Origin: an uncultured Desulfobulbaceae bacterium
GTDB lineage: Bacteria; Desulfobacterota; Desulfobulbia; Desulfobulbales; BM004
NCBI GenBank assembly: GCA_947259115.1
Contig: CAMYKS010000004.1
Span: 66,810-130,809 of the forward strand
Length of the DNA: 64,000 nucleotides
Direction of reading: 5' to 3'
The notes below the pieces were generated by a model. The model was not told the origin of the DNA. It saw nothing but the letters and a program-made list of their open reading frames with translations, and did not search any database. Within the stretch, counting starts at the first letter, position 1. Each line of letters starts with the position of its first letter. Positions 15,857 through 25,394 of the stretch are shown piece after piece. The position numbers were made by a program, and so were the translations under genes.

Positions 15857-16120
15857 CTAACCCGCATTTTTCACGAGTCGAGACGCCGGATAGACAAAGT
15901 GTAAGTCGTTTGAGCTATACTTTAGTATGCGAAACGCCTAACACAGTAGGCTATACGGATGTATCGGCTTGCCCGAAGGGTGAACAGTTTTGAAATAAAT
16001 CTATTCAGTCACTTGGTACAAACTGTAACCGGACAAATACACTAGAAATTTAAAATTTAACCTACAAAAACAGATAGTTAAACCAATTTTTAAAAATTGT
16101 TCATGAAATATTCGGGCTAA
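15857..16120. mobile_element. MITE-like non-coding repeat, copy A (264 bp)
   Basis: Near-identical blocks shared with 21437..21721. Imperfect terminal inverted repeats TAACCCGCATTTTTCACGA / TCATGAAATATTCGGGCTA. Both ends are flanked by CTAA. Confidence 0.6.
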
Positions 16121-16527
16121 CAGTATCAAAATATAGAAATCAATAAATTGGCTCGGAGTACATATATTCAAATGCATGTCCCGGCAAATGGTTCCGCAAT
16201 ACAGAAAATTCAATTATGCAAATACGGCACAGCGGAAATGAATGGTTATTCATTTGTTCTTGACACATATACACTCATACTATAATAATCCATGGTACAT
16301 GAAATATAATTTGCCATACAGGTATGGTTCAAACTGTCTTGTTTTTTAAAACGTGTATTTATTTACCGTGCTCGCAACAACATACATTTATTAGCCATTA
16401 ATCTTATGATCCCCTATCCGGAACTGAAGTTCACTTCTTTTGAGGCTTCTGCATGTTGATTATGCAGTATGATTCAGCAAGCTTTCTCCCCAGCAGCAGA
16501 AAATATCCATCAGGCGTGAGGTAGGTA

Positions 16528-18441
16528 ATGAAACGCTACAGGATAGGTCTTGGCCCCAAGCTGGTTGTATATCTCAGTCTTTCCTTGATTGTTATCTTCG
16601 CTTTGATCGGTGTCCTCAACATCCGCATGTACCGGCGTCATATGATGATGGGTGTGTACCAGAATGCCGACCAGGTCAGTGACATTATCAAGCGTAGTAC
16701 CAATCACGCTATGATGACAAATGAAAGGGAGGACATTTATCGAATTATCGAAAGCATAGCCGCGGAACCCGGAATCCAGAAAATCAGGATCTACAATAAA
16801 GAGGGGAAAATCACTTTTTCAACCAACCAGGCAGAGGTCAACACCATGGTAGATATGAACGCCGATGCCTGCAATGTATGCCACAGCGGAGATTCGAAAC
16901 CGCCCAGCGGTGATGTCTCAATTCTGAAGCGCACCCGTGATTATTTCATCCAGGAAGGTGAACATGTTCTCGGTCTGATCAGTCCCATCAAAAGCGAGAC
17001 ATCATGTGTGACCTCGGACTGTCACGCCCACAGCGTTGACCAGAAAGTGCTCGGGGTTCTCGATGTAATCATGCAGCTTGACAAGGTGGATGCCAGTCAG
17101 CAGGAATACGAAAACCATTTCCGGTGGTATGTGCTGCTGACCATTCTTGTTGTCTGTATTATTTCGGTATTGTTTGTGTTCTTCCTGGTGCACCGACCTG
17201 TTAACAAGATTGTCGAAGGCACCAGGAACATTGCCGAGGGAAAGTTGAGTTTCATGATCGATATCAACTCGAAAGATGAGATCGGCAGCCTGGCAGAATC
17301 CTTCAATCGCATGACCCTGGACCTCAAACAGTTCCGCAATGATCTTTTATCGGCTAAGGCATATACGGATAACATCATTCACTCCATGCTCAACTCCCTT
17401 GTCGTAGTTGACCGTGATGCCAATATCAGGAATGTTAATAAAGCAACCTGCGATCTTCTGGGATATGCGGAACAGGAACTGCTGAATAAACCGATGTCAT
17501 TCATTTTTGCCAAGGGTTATTTCGACGAACTTGGATTCAGGGCTGAATCCATCAATGATTTCGGGGGCACCGGGGAAACAATTTATCAGGCAAAGGACGG
17601 CAAGAAGATACGAGTGCTTTTTTCCGCATCGGTGATCCGTAATGATGCAGGTGATTTTCAGGGGATTGTCTTTATGGCCCAGGATATTACCGTACAGACT
17701 GAAGCCATGCGCGCCGGACATATGTCTTCCCTGGGTGAACTCGCTGCCGGAGTCGCCCACGAGATCAATAATCCCTTGAACAGCATAATCAACTTTGCGC
17801 AGATCCTTATTGACGAAATTGAGGATGACGCGCCATTGACCGACGAACTCCTTTTTAGAATAATCCAGGAGGGAGACCGGGTGAGCAATATCGTCAGAAG
17901 TCTTCTGTCATTTGCGCGGGAAAGTGAACGGGGTAAGACCTTAGTCATTATTAATGAGGTAATCCAGGAAACCCTTGCCTTGACTGATACTCAAATTTTC
18001 AAGGACAATATAACCCTGAAAGTGAATATCCCCGAATCATTGCCCATGATTCTGGCAAATTCCCAGCAGCTCATGCAGGTCTTTATAAATATTATCAACA
18101 ATGCCAGATATGCCTTGAGTCTGAAATATCCGGGCACATCTGCTGAGAAGGAACTGGTTATCAGCGCTGAGACAAAACTGGTTGACGATGAATCTGTTAT
18201 TGACATCAGTTTTTATGATACCGGTGTCGGTATTCCCGCCCAGATTATAGACAAGGTTATAAATCCATTCTTCACCACCAAGCCTGCCGGGGAGGGAACC
18301 GGCCTCGGGCTTGCCATTAGCCACGGTATAGTTACGGATCACGATGGCAGGCTTATTATCAATAGTGTAGAGGGCGAATATACCAGGGTTACTACGCGGT
18401 TTCCCATACCAGAGAATGATAATAGTTCTGATACTGCTTGA
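16528..18441 (+). CDS. Membrane sensor histidine kinase HK3 (periplasmic domain with CXXCH, HAMP, PAS, HisKA, HATPase_c)
   Basis: Two TM segments flank a ~165-aa loop containing CNVCH and CVTSDCH. HAMP: IAEGKLSFMIDINSKDEIGSLAESFNRM. H-box: GELAAGVAHEINNP. It is a close paralogue of HK2 from the HAMP domain onward. Confidence 0.92.
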   Translation: MKRYRIGLGPKLVVYLSLSLIVIFALIGVLNIRMYRRHMMMGVYQNADQVSDIIKRSTNHAMMTNEREDIYRIIESIAAEPGIQKIRIYNKEGKITFSTNQAEVNTMVDMNADACNVCHSGDSKPPSGDVSILKRTRDYFIQEGEHVLGLISPIKSETSCVTSDCHAHSVDQKVLGVLDVIMQLDKVDASQQEYENHFRWYVLLTILVVCIISVLFVFFLVHRPVNKIVEGTRNIAEGKLSFMIDINSKDEIGSLAESFNRMTLDLKQFRNDLLSAKAYTDNIIHSMLNSLVVVDRDANIRNVNKATCDLLGYAEQELLNKPMSFIFAKGYFDELGFRAESINDFGGTGETIYQAKDGKKIRVLFSASVIRNDAGDFQGIVFMAQDITVQTEAMRAGHMSSLGELAAGVAHEINNPLNSIINFAQILIDEIEDDAPLTDELLFRIIQEGDRVSNIVRSLLSFARESERGKTLVIINEVIQETLALTDTQIFKDNITLKVNIPESLPMILANSQQLMQVFINIINNARYALSLKYPGTSAEKELVISAETKLVDDESVIDISFYDTGVGIPAQIIDKVINPFFTTKPAGEGTGLGLAISHGIVTDHDGRLIINSVEGEYTRVTTRFPIPENDNSSDTA

Positions 18442-18548
18442 AAATTTTTTCACCACAAATGGCATGAACTCGGGGCCAAGCTGGATAAATATGAACAGAA
18501 ACTGATGAATGATTCCTAAATATTCATGGTGTCCAGTTAATATATTGA

Positions 18549-18575
18549 GCCTCTCCAATCGGAGGGGCTTTTTCT
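18549..18575 (+). terminator. Intrinsic terminator downstream of HK3
   Basis: GCCTCTCC-AATC-GGAGGGGC stem (1 mismatch) followed by TTTTT. Confidence 0.6.
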
Positions 18576-18671
18576 TGTCCACCGTCAGAGGTTATTCGTG
18601 TAAAGCCCTTGTAAAAAATCACTTAACACAAAAAGGGATTCAACCAATCCGGCTGAACCCCTCTCTATTAC

Positions 18672-18759
18672 TGGTGCCCGGGACGAGAATCGAACTCGTA
18701 CAGGCACAAGGCCCGAGGGATTTTAAGTCCCTTGCGTCTACCAGTTCCGCCACCCAGGC
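18672..18759 (-). tRNA. tRNA-Leu (anticodon UAA), long variable arm, encoded CCA
   Basis: The reverse complement reads GCCTGGGTGGCGGAACTGGTAGACGCAAGGGACTTAAAATCCCTCGGGCCTTGTGCCTGTACGAGTTCGATTCTCGTCCCGGGCACCA. It has a 7-bp acceptor stem, anticodon loop CTTAAAA and T-loop GGTTCGATTC-like GAGTTCGATTCTC. Confidence 0.93.
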
Positions 18760-19070
18760 ATCCTGTTTTTTCAGCGACTCTATAATATCATTGCCGAAAA
18801 TGCAAATAAGATTAACATTGATTGTTGTTTTTGAAATTTTTTTTACTATCCCCTCAAAATGTCTGGTACAAATGGACGTAAGCATGGATAACTTTGCGTT
18901 ATCATTACCTCTATAACTTGTTTCGTAAGGCTGATTATTCTTGACAAAGCTATTATTTGTTTGTATCTGGATAATAACTTAATATGCTGATTTCAAAGTA
19001 GTTTTGGGTTCAGTAAGTGGTGGCATACATTGCCGTTTTTTTCATGCATCAAATTGGAGGGAGTTTGATT

Positions 19071-19286
19071 ATGTCAGATCGTGAAACTGGGACAGTAAAA
19101 TGGTTTAACAACAGCAAGGGGTTTGGTTTTATCGAGCGTGATCAAGGAGATGATGTATTCGTACATTATTCTTCTATCCGTGACACCGGGGGTTTTAGAA
19201 CACTTACGGAAGGTCAGAAGGTTGAATTTTCTATCAGCGAAGGCCAGAAAGGTCTGCAGGCAAATGATGTAGCAGGCCTTGAATAG
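19071..19286 (+). CDS. Cold-shock protein (CspA family)
   Basis: [15 protein letters not shown] (RNP1) and DVFVHYS (RNP2). Start set at the ATG at 19071 with SD GGAGGGA. Confidence 0.95.
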   Translation: MSDRETGTVKWFNNSKGFGFIERDQGDDVFVHYSSIRDTGGFRTLTEGQKVEFSISEGQKGLQANDVAGLE

Positions 19287-19308
19287 TCAATCTACCTACT
19301 TATATGAC

Positions 19309-19343
19309 AAAAAAACCCGCCGGTTTTCCGGCGGGTTTTTTTT
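19309..19343. terminator. Bidirectional intrinsic terminator between csp and the SapC-family gene
   Basis: AAAAAAACCCGCCGG-TTTT-CCGGCGGGTTTTTTTT. Confidence 0.9.
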
Positions 19344-19388
19344 ATTATTTTGAGATAAAAACTATTCGGGTGAGAACTATGCCGCTTT

Positions 19389-20123
19389 TTACGCTGTAGC
19401 TTTTTTCACCTCATGCGCGGCTAAAACTTTAAAATTTGACAGGGAGTTAAGATGCCCGTATATCCAGCCCAAAAAACCCCTGCGAAAAAGCTCCAGGGCC
19501 TTTTCATCATCAAGTTCACGAAGGGCCTTTTCATTAATCATTTTCATTCCCCTGAACCCGATTTTTTCTCCTGCAGGCATGGTTATATCTGCTGCAAAAT
19601 CCTTTAGCAGGTCATAATCTACTAGTTTTTTTACAAATTCCTGGGTCAGCATATTCTGCATTTGGTATTGCCGTAAGAATTCAATAATATTATTCAAATC
19701 AGTAGAATTATTTCCTTCTTCATCAAATAAAGACATTCCTTCTTCTGCGTTAAATCCTGCATAATCTGCATCAACCGAAATTGTAAAATTTTGTCCGTTA
19801 GGATCACTTGTTGATAAAATAAAAGGATATCTGCGGATAAATGCCGGTATAAATGCCCCTTCCAACCATTTTCCAGCGTCATCGATAAAAAGATTGCTCT
19901 TGTCACGTAGACCAAGAACCGCCAATGGCACTAAATCATTGTCCTTACCGCTGACAAAAACAATAGGATAATGCTTGGAAGCCTCAATAAATTCATGCCC
20001 TGTAACAAGAATTGAATTGAGTTCTTGGGCAAAGCCATAATCTTCTACTTTGCTGACTTTGACTTCTTTATGGGTACCACTGTTGAGTAAGATTGGATTT
20101 TTATAAATTCCTTCCTGTGCCAT
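19389..20123 (-). CDS. SapC family protein
   Basis: The N-terminal pattern NPILLNSGTHKEVKV...YPIVF...AVLGL...AFIRRYPFIL is characteristic of the SapC family. Confidence 0.75.
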   Translation of the reverse strand: MAQEGIYKNPILLNSGTHKEVKVSKVEDYGFAQELNSILVTGHEFIEASKHYPIVFVSGKDNDLVPLAVLGLRDKSNLFIDDAGKWLEGAFIPAFIRRYPFILSTSDPNGQNFTISVDADYAGFNAEEGMSLFDEEGNNSTDLNNIIEFLRQYQMQNMLTQEFVKKLVDYDLLKDFAADITMPAGEKIGFRGMKMINEKALRELDDEKALELFRRGFLGWIYGHLNSLSNFKVLAAHEVKKATA

Positions 20124-20425
20124 AATTTTTCCTTTTAGTTTTTTTTTATTTCAAGCCCATACTGAATATTTAAAAAAGACCTGGGGGTAAATCCACCGTT
20201 CCCCGGCATAAAGTGCTTCCTGAATATATATTTTCACATACGCTTTTCAGGTGACAAAACAAAAATATATACGTTTTTTACTAATAAACCTTAAACGGTT
20301 GATGTCAAGCTCTTTGTCTCCTTTGAGGTCAAATAAAAAATAAAAAAGAAGTAGCCAGTTTCTTGGCCTGCCTGTATCTTTCAAATACACTTATCCTCTC
20401 GCATCTAAACATTTAATTTACAGCC

Positions 20426-21412
20426 ATGAAAAAATTCCTCATCAGCATAGTTCTACTACTCATGATCCTGATTTTCGGAACCTTAGGCTATATACTTATT
20501 GAAGGTACCAGCCTGATTGATGCAATCTATATGACTGTAATCAGTATCACAACAGTAGGTTTCAGTGAGGTAATACCACTCAGCCCTGCCGGTAAATATT
20601 TTACCATGCTTCTTATTTTCGGCGGAGTTGGTTTGTTTCTTTTTTGCGTCAGCTTAATCACACAGGCCATGGTTGAAGGCGGCCTGCAGACATTTTTGGG
20701 GAGAAGACATATGGAAAAAAAGCTGGCAGATCTTAAGGGCCATTACATAGTTTGTGGCTTCGGGCGCATTGGTAAGGTGATCAGCAAAATCCTGCATGAA
20801 AACAGGAGAACCTTCGTCATAATCGAAAACAACCCGGAAGAGATAAAAACCATCGAGGAACTGGGTTATCTTGTACTGCAAGGAGACTCGACCAATGATG
20901 ACATACTTAACAGGGCTCATATTGAAGATGCCAAAGCATTAATTGCCGTTACCAGTTCAGATGCCGACAACGTCTATATTATCCTCTCAGCAAGGGTACT
21001 CAATCCGGATATTTATATTCTTGCCAGGTCAAGCGGCAAGAAAGGCGCTGAAACAAAGCTCTTACGTTCCGGCGCCAACAAGGTTTTCTCACCGTACGAA
21101 ATCGGGGCCCGCCGCATGGCTCAAGCACTGGTCAGGCCAACTGTCATTGATTTTATTGATCTCGCAGTCCATGAAGGAGAACTTGGCCTCAGACTCGAAG
21201 AACTGCGTGTTTCCGACAGAGCAGCTTTTACAAACAGTACATTGATGGAATCAGGTATCCGATCCGAGTATGATCTTATCGTTGTTGCCATCAAGCGGGA
21301 AAAAGGAGAAATGCTTTTTAATCCGAGTCCCAGCACTGAAATACTGCCAGGAGATATTCTGGTTGTTTTAGGAGATCACACAAATATTCAGGGATTGGAA
21401 AAAAACATATAA
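20426..21412 (+). CDS. Two-TM ion channel with RCK (TrkA-N + TrkA-C) gating domains, non-canonical pore filter
   Basis: Pore helix/filter MTVISITTVGFSEV. Rossmann motif IVCGFGRIGK. C-terminal TrkA-C-like stretch LRVSDRAAFTNSTLMESGIRSEYDLIVVAIKREKGEMLFNP...GDILVVLG. Confidence 0.85.
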   Translation: MKKFLISIVLLLMILIFGTLGYILIEGTSLIDAIYMTVISITTVGFSEVIPLSPAGKYFTMLLIFGGVGLFLFCVSLITQAMVEGGLQTFLGRRHMEKKLADLKGHYIVCGFGRIGKVISKILHENRRTFVIIENNPEEIKTIEELGYLVLQGDSTNDDILNRAHIEDAKALIAVTSSDADNVYIILSARVLNPDIYILARSSGKKGAETKLLRSGANKVFSPYEIGARRMAQALVRPTVIDFIDLAVHEGELGLRLEELRVSDRAAFTNSTLMESGIRSEYDLIVVAIKREKGEMLFNPSPSTEILPGDILVVLGDHTNIQGLEKNI

Positions 21413-21436
21413 AATTTTTCTTCGGGTCTTCCCTCT

Positions 21437-21721
21437 CTAACCCGCATTTTTCACGAGTCGAGACGCCGGATAGACAAAGTGTAAGTCGTTTGAGCAGATA
21501 AGTGACCGAAAAGGGAGACTTCGATACTTTAGTATGGATCACACTGCAGGCTATACGGATGTATCGGCTTGCCCGAAGGGTGAACAGTTTTGAAAAAAAT
21601 CTATTCAGTCACTTGGCACAAACTGTAACCGGGAAAATCTACTGTAAAAAAATAAATTTAAATCATAAAAACAGATACTTAAATTAATTTTTCAAAACTG
21701 TTCATGAAATATTCGGGCTAA
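21437..21721. mobile_element. MITE-like non-coding repeat, copy B (285 bp)
   Basis: Same termini and long identical blocks as copy A. The internal indel region differs. Flanked by CTAA. Confidence 0.6.
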
Positions 21722-21811
21722 ATATCCACTCTTCAATGACTGTTTTTAGTAGCTGTATTTTTAGTGACTCCTTATAGATCTCTCCATTAATTTACTTTTT
21801 GCTTGAAAAAT

Positions 21812-22855
21812 ATGAAACACTGGCAAACTGTTCTCAAAAAAAGCATCACTGAACCTGAACATCTGTTTGCTCACTTTGGGATTAGTCCGGAAGATGCTGA
21901 ACGGGTGACAAATATTTATCCCATGCGCATAAACCCCTATTATCTCAGTCTGATAAAACACCCCGGTGATGCACTCTGGCGCCAAGCGGTGCCGGATGCT
22001 TTGGAACTCGACGACACTGTCTGCATGAAAGACCCGTTAAACGAAGAAAACTTGAGTCCCGTACCGAACCTGGTTCATAAGTATCCTGACCGCGCCCTGT
22101 TTCTGGTCCATAATCAATGTGCTGTATACTGCCGATTCTGCACACGGAAACGCAAGATCGGTACAAAAGAAATGCATATCAGCATAAAAACAATCAATTC
22201 CGGCCTTAATTACCTGCGGCAGACCACCGCCATCAAGGACGTCCTCGTTTCAGGCGGCGATCCATTGCTTCTTGATGACAACAGGCTCGATTATATTCTA
22301 TCAAGTTTGCGAGCCATAAAACATGTTGAAATTATCAGGATAGGCAGCCGTGTCCCCTGTACGCTGCCCATGCGGGTGACGAAAAAACTTGCTGCAACAA
22401 TTAAACGGTATCACCCGGTATATATCAATACCCATTTCAATCATCCGGATGAAATAACCCCTGAGGCTGCAACAGCCTGCAGCCGATTAGCTGATGCCGG
22501 CATCCCCCTTGGCAGCCAAACGGTTTTACTCAAGGGAATCAACGACGAGACGGAAATTATTAAGCAATTAATGTATAAACTCTTGCGCATACGCGTCAAA
22601 CCTTACTATCTTTTCCAGACGGACATGACACAGGGTACGAATCATTTTCGCACCCCAATCGAGAAAGGCATCGAAATCATGCAATCCCTGATCGGGCACA
22701 TATCCGGCATGGCAGTACCAACCTTTGCCGTAGATGCTCCGGGTGGCGGTGGCAAAATACCGCTGCTGCCGAATTATGTCGAGCAATTGGGCAGCCAGCT
22801 TGTTTTTCAGAATTATTGCGGCCTGATATGCACCTATGACAACCCCTGCGATTAA
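21812..22855 (+). CDS. KamA-family radical SAM aminomutase (lysine 2,3-aminomutase / EpmB-like)
   Basis: CAVYCRFCTRK radical-SAM cluster motif, VLVSGGDPL and the KamA-type N-terminus. Start taken at the ATG at 21812, in frame with TTG 21803. Confidence 0.85.
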   Translation: MKHWQTVLKKSITEPEHLFAHFGISPEDAERVTNIYPMRINPYYLSLIKHPGDALWRQAVPDALELDDTVCMKDPLNEENLSPVPNLVHKYPDRALFLVHNQCAVYCRFCTRKRKIGTKEMHISIKTINSGLNYLRQTTAIKDVLVSGGDPLLLDDNRLDYILSSLRAIKHVEIIRIGSRVPCTLPMRVTKKLAATIKRYHPVYINTHFNHPDEITPEAATACSRLADAGIPLGSQTVLLKGINDETEIIKQLMYKLLRIRVKPYYLFQTDMTQGTNHFRTPIEKGIEIMQSLIGHISGMAVPTFAVDAPGGGGKIPLLPNYVEQLGSQLVFQNYCGLICTYDNPCD

Positions 22856-22873
22856 AAAAAAAGAGGTTCATCC

Positions 22874-23806
22874 ATGGAAAAAAAACTGCTCGTTGCTGTT
22901 GATGGTTCAGTATACAGTTCCAATACCCTGCATTACCTGGAACAACTCTTTGCAAATCTTGATGATATCCGCCTGCACCTGCTCTCCGTCATAACCTGTA
23001 ATCCATCCGAAGCTGCAAGTGCATGGCTTGATGAAAAGGAATTGATGAGCACGCTGAGCCCCGAGGAACAGAAACGGTGTGCTGCAGCCAACAAATTCCT
23101 GCATAAAGCAATTGACAGTTTCCGGCGCAACGGCTTTAAAGAGGAACAGGTTACAACGGAGGTTAAAATTGCCACCGCAAATCCTGCAGCCGAGGTATTA
23201 AACGTTGCCAGGAAAGGTTTATTTGATGCCCTGGTATTAGGGCGCCGCGGCGCCTCCAAACTTGAAGAACTCATCATGGGCAGTGTATCCAGTACCATAT
23301 TTCAGAAATGCCATGATGTACCGGTCTGGATTGTTGACGGCCAGGTTGATTCCCGCAAGTTCCTTGTCCCGGTGGACGGTTCCCATTTCACCATGCAGGC
23401 CGTTGACCACCTCTGTTTCATGCTTAAGGACAATCCTTATGCGGAAGTAACCCTTTTTCATTCCACTGCCATGTTTTCCCAGAAACAAGACCTCAGCGTG
23501 AACTATTGCAGCCGTTTTCTGCAGCCGGATTGGTGCGAAATTCACTGCAAAGATGCGGATTATTATTTTCTTGCACCCCGGCAAATGCTTATCAACAGTG
23601 GATTCCCCCCTGAACGCATCCATCGCCTTGAAACAAAAAAAGGCATGTATGCCAGCCGTCAGATAGTACGCCAGGCCCTGATTGATGACTTTGGCACAAT
23701 TGTCATGGGCCGCCGCGACAAAGAGTTCGTTAAGGGTGTTTTCGGCAGCGTAACTGAAAAAGTGATGGCCATGAGTGTAAATACCGCGGTATGGGTTGTC
23801 GGATGA
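22874..23806 (+). CDS. Tandem universal stress protein (two UspA domains)
   Basis: KKLLVAVDGS and KFLVPVDGS domain starts. G-x2-G-x9-GS-like ends: VLGRRGASKLEELIMGSVS and VMGRRDKEFVKGVFGSVT. Confidence 0.85.
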   Translation: MEKKLLVAVDGSVYSSNTLHYLEQLFANLDDIRLHLLSVITCNPSEAASAWLDEKELMSTLSPEEQKRCAAANKFLHKAIDSFRRNGFKEEQVTTEVKIATANPAAEVLNVARKGLFDALVLGRRGASKLEELIMGSVSSTIFQKCHDVPVWIVDGQVDSRKFLVPVDGSHFTMQAVDHLCFMLKDNPYAEVTLFHSTAMFSQKQDLSVNYCSRFLQPDWCEIHCKDADYYFLAPRQMLINSGFPPERIHRLETKKGMYASRQIVRQALIDDFGTIVMGRRDKEFVKGVFGSVTEKVMAMSVNTAVWVVG

Positions 23807-23936
23807 TATATTGCAGGAAAAAAATATCCTAGCCGCTATGCAATCAAGCGGCGCAGTTGCCTGATGCCAAAGAACTGCTTATCTTTACAAATGCCATGCT
23901 GCTTTTGTTTTCCCTCAGTTTACAGGTAGGCATTCA

Positions 23937-25391
23937 TTGACTTTTCAGCGCAATACATACCGCATTTTTTTTATCATTCTCTGGCTTGTTCTCTTTGGGG
24001 CCCTGCTTAAGCGCGATTATTTTATCTCAAGTATTGATATTAACGAGGAACAGATCATCAAGCGCAGCAGGGAGGAGAGCTTTGCCGGTATCTACTTCCA
24101 AAATGAAAGGATCGGCTTCGTGAAAAACAGGCTGACCGAATCCGGCTCCGACGCATATCTTCTCTACCAGGATGCCTTTCTCTATCTCAATATTCTTAAC
24201 GAATCCCATCCCATTGACATGAGGATCGAGGCGACCCTGGGTCTGGATATGCGGCTCAAGGATTTCAACTTTCAATTCACCTCCCCATTTTATAAAATGG
24301 AAGCAGAGGGTCGGGTTGTAGGCCAGGAAGTCCATTTTTCCTTAACAACGGGCAAGGAAACAATTTCCGACACCATTGCTCTGCAGCAGCCGCCGTATCT
24401 TTCGACAAACAATCGTTTTTACCTCATGGAACAAGGGCTGCAGCCTGGAGACAAATTAAAGATCCCCTATTTCGACCCAATTTCCTTATCCGGAAAAGAT
24501 ACTGTTATGGAATATAAAGGGCGCAAGAAAGTTCTCGTCAACGGGCGTGTGTATAACCTGCATCATTTTATTGAGACATTCTCCGGAGTCAGGATAAACA
24601 GCTGGCTGGACGATGAAGGTAAAGTCATGAAGGAAGAATCACCGGCCGGGTTCGTATTTATATCCGAACCGGAATTCAAGGCCACTGATATAAAGTTCAA
24701 AGGCCAAGAAATTCTAAGCAGCGTATCCATTCCACTCATTGGCGGCAGCCTCGACCTGACGGACCTGAATACAATACGCTATCGTCTGACCCTGCCTCCA
24801 GACACTGAATTTGACCTGAATAAAGACCGCCAGAGTTTTGCTAATGATATTCTTACGGTCAACAAGGAATCCTTGCCGGAGCATGATGCTCTTTCCTGCA
24901 AAGGTTTTACGGAAGAGCTTGCTTCCAGCCCGTATATCCAATCAAAAAATAAACGCATAACTGAAGTAGCCCGGGAAGCAACAGGAAAAGCAGGCAGCGA
25001 TCTTGAACGTGTAAGGATTTTATCTGATTGGGTATATACTAATCTCGAAAAAAGGCCGGTTCTTGGTATTCCGGATGCCCTTACAACTCTGAATACAAAA
25101 ATGGGCGACTGCAATGAACATGCCGCCCTGTTTGCAGCCCTGGCCAGGAATGTAGGCGTGCCAACCCGAATCGTTGCCGGGGTGACATTTTTTGATGGGG
25201 CATTTTATTACCATGCCTGGAACGAAGTCTGCCTTGACGGCAACTGGTATTCTTTAGATACGACTAAAAATCAACTGCCGGCTGATTTGAGCCATATTAA
25301 ATTTGTGGAAGGGGAAACGGATAAGCAGATTAAAATTGCAGCGCTGCTCGGAAAATTGAAAATTGAGATCGCTGACGACAGAGAAAATTAA
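23937..25391 (+). CDS. Membrane-anchored transglutaminase-like (Cys-His-Asp core) protein
   Basis: N-terminal TM segment. Core motif GDCNEHAALFAALARNVGVPTRIV...YHAWNEV...DTT. TTG start as in the ORF track. Confidence 0.8.
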   Translation: MTFQRNTYRIFFIILWLVLFGALLKRDYFISSIDINEEQIIKRSREESFAGIYFQNERIGFVKNRLTESGSDAYLLYQDAFLYLNILNESHPIDMRIEATLGLDMRLKDFNFQFTSPFYKMEAEGRVVGQEVHFSLTTGKETISDTIALQQPPYLSTNNRFYLMEQGLQPGDKLKIPYFDPISLSGKDTVMEYKGRKKVLVNGRVYNLHHFIETFSGVRINSWLDDEGKVMKEESPAGFVFISEPEFKATDIKFKGQEILSSVSIPLIGGSLDLTDLNTIRYRLTLPPDTEFDLNKDRQSFANDILTVNKESLPEHDALSCKGFTEELASSPYIQSKNKRITEVAREATGKAGSDLERVRILSDWVYTNLEKRPVLGIPDALTTLNTKMGDCNEHAALFAALARNVGVPTRIVAGVTFFDGAFYYHAWNEVCLDGNWYSLDTTKNQLPADLSHIKFVEGETDKQIKIAALLGKLKIEIADDREN

Positions 25392-25394
25392 GCC

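Noticed and set aside
15808-15993. 61-aa ORF inside repeat copy A (and 21502..21687 inside copy B)
   Set aside because: The two repeat copies differ by indels that destroy any common reading frame, so the repeat is conserved as DNA/RNA, not as protein.
16260-16286. Consensus-looking sigma70 promoter TTGACA ... TATAAT upstream of HK3
   Set aside because: Both hexamers are perfect, but the spacer is only 15 bp and the region is AT-rich, so chance matches are likely. It is not reported as a feature.
18672-18759. tRNA-Leu as a potential genomic-island integration site
   Set aside because: There is no integrase, no direct repeat of the tRNA 3' end, and no compositional break nearby.
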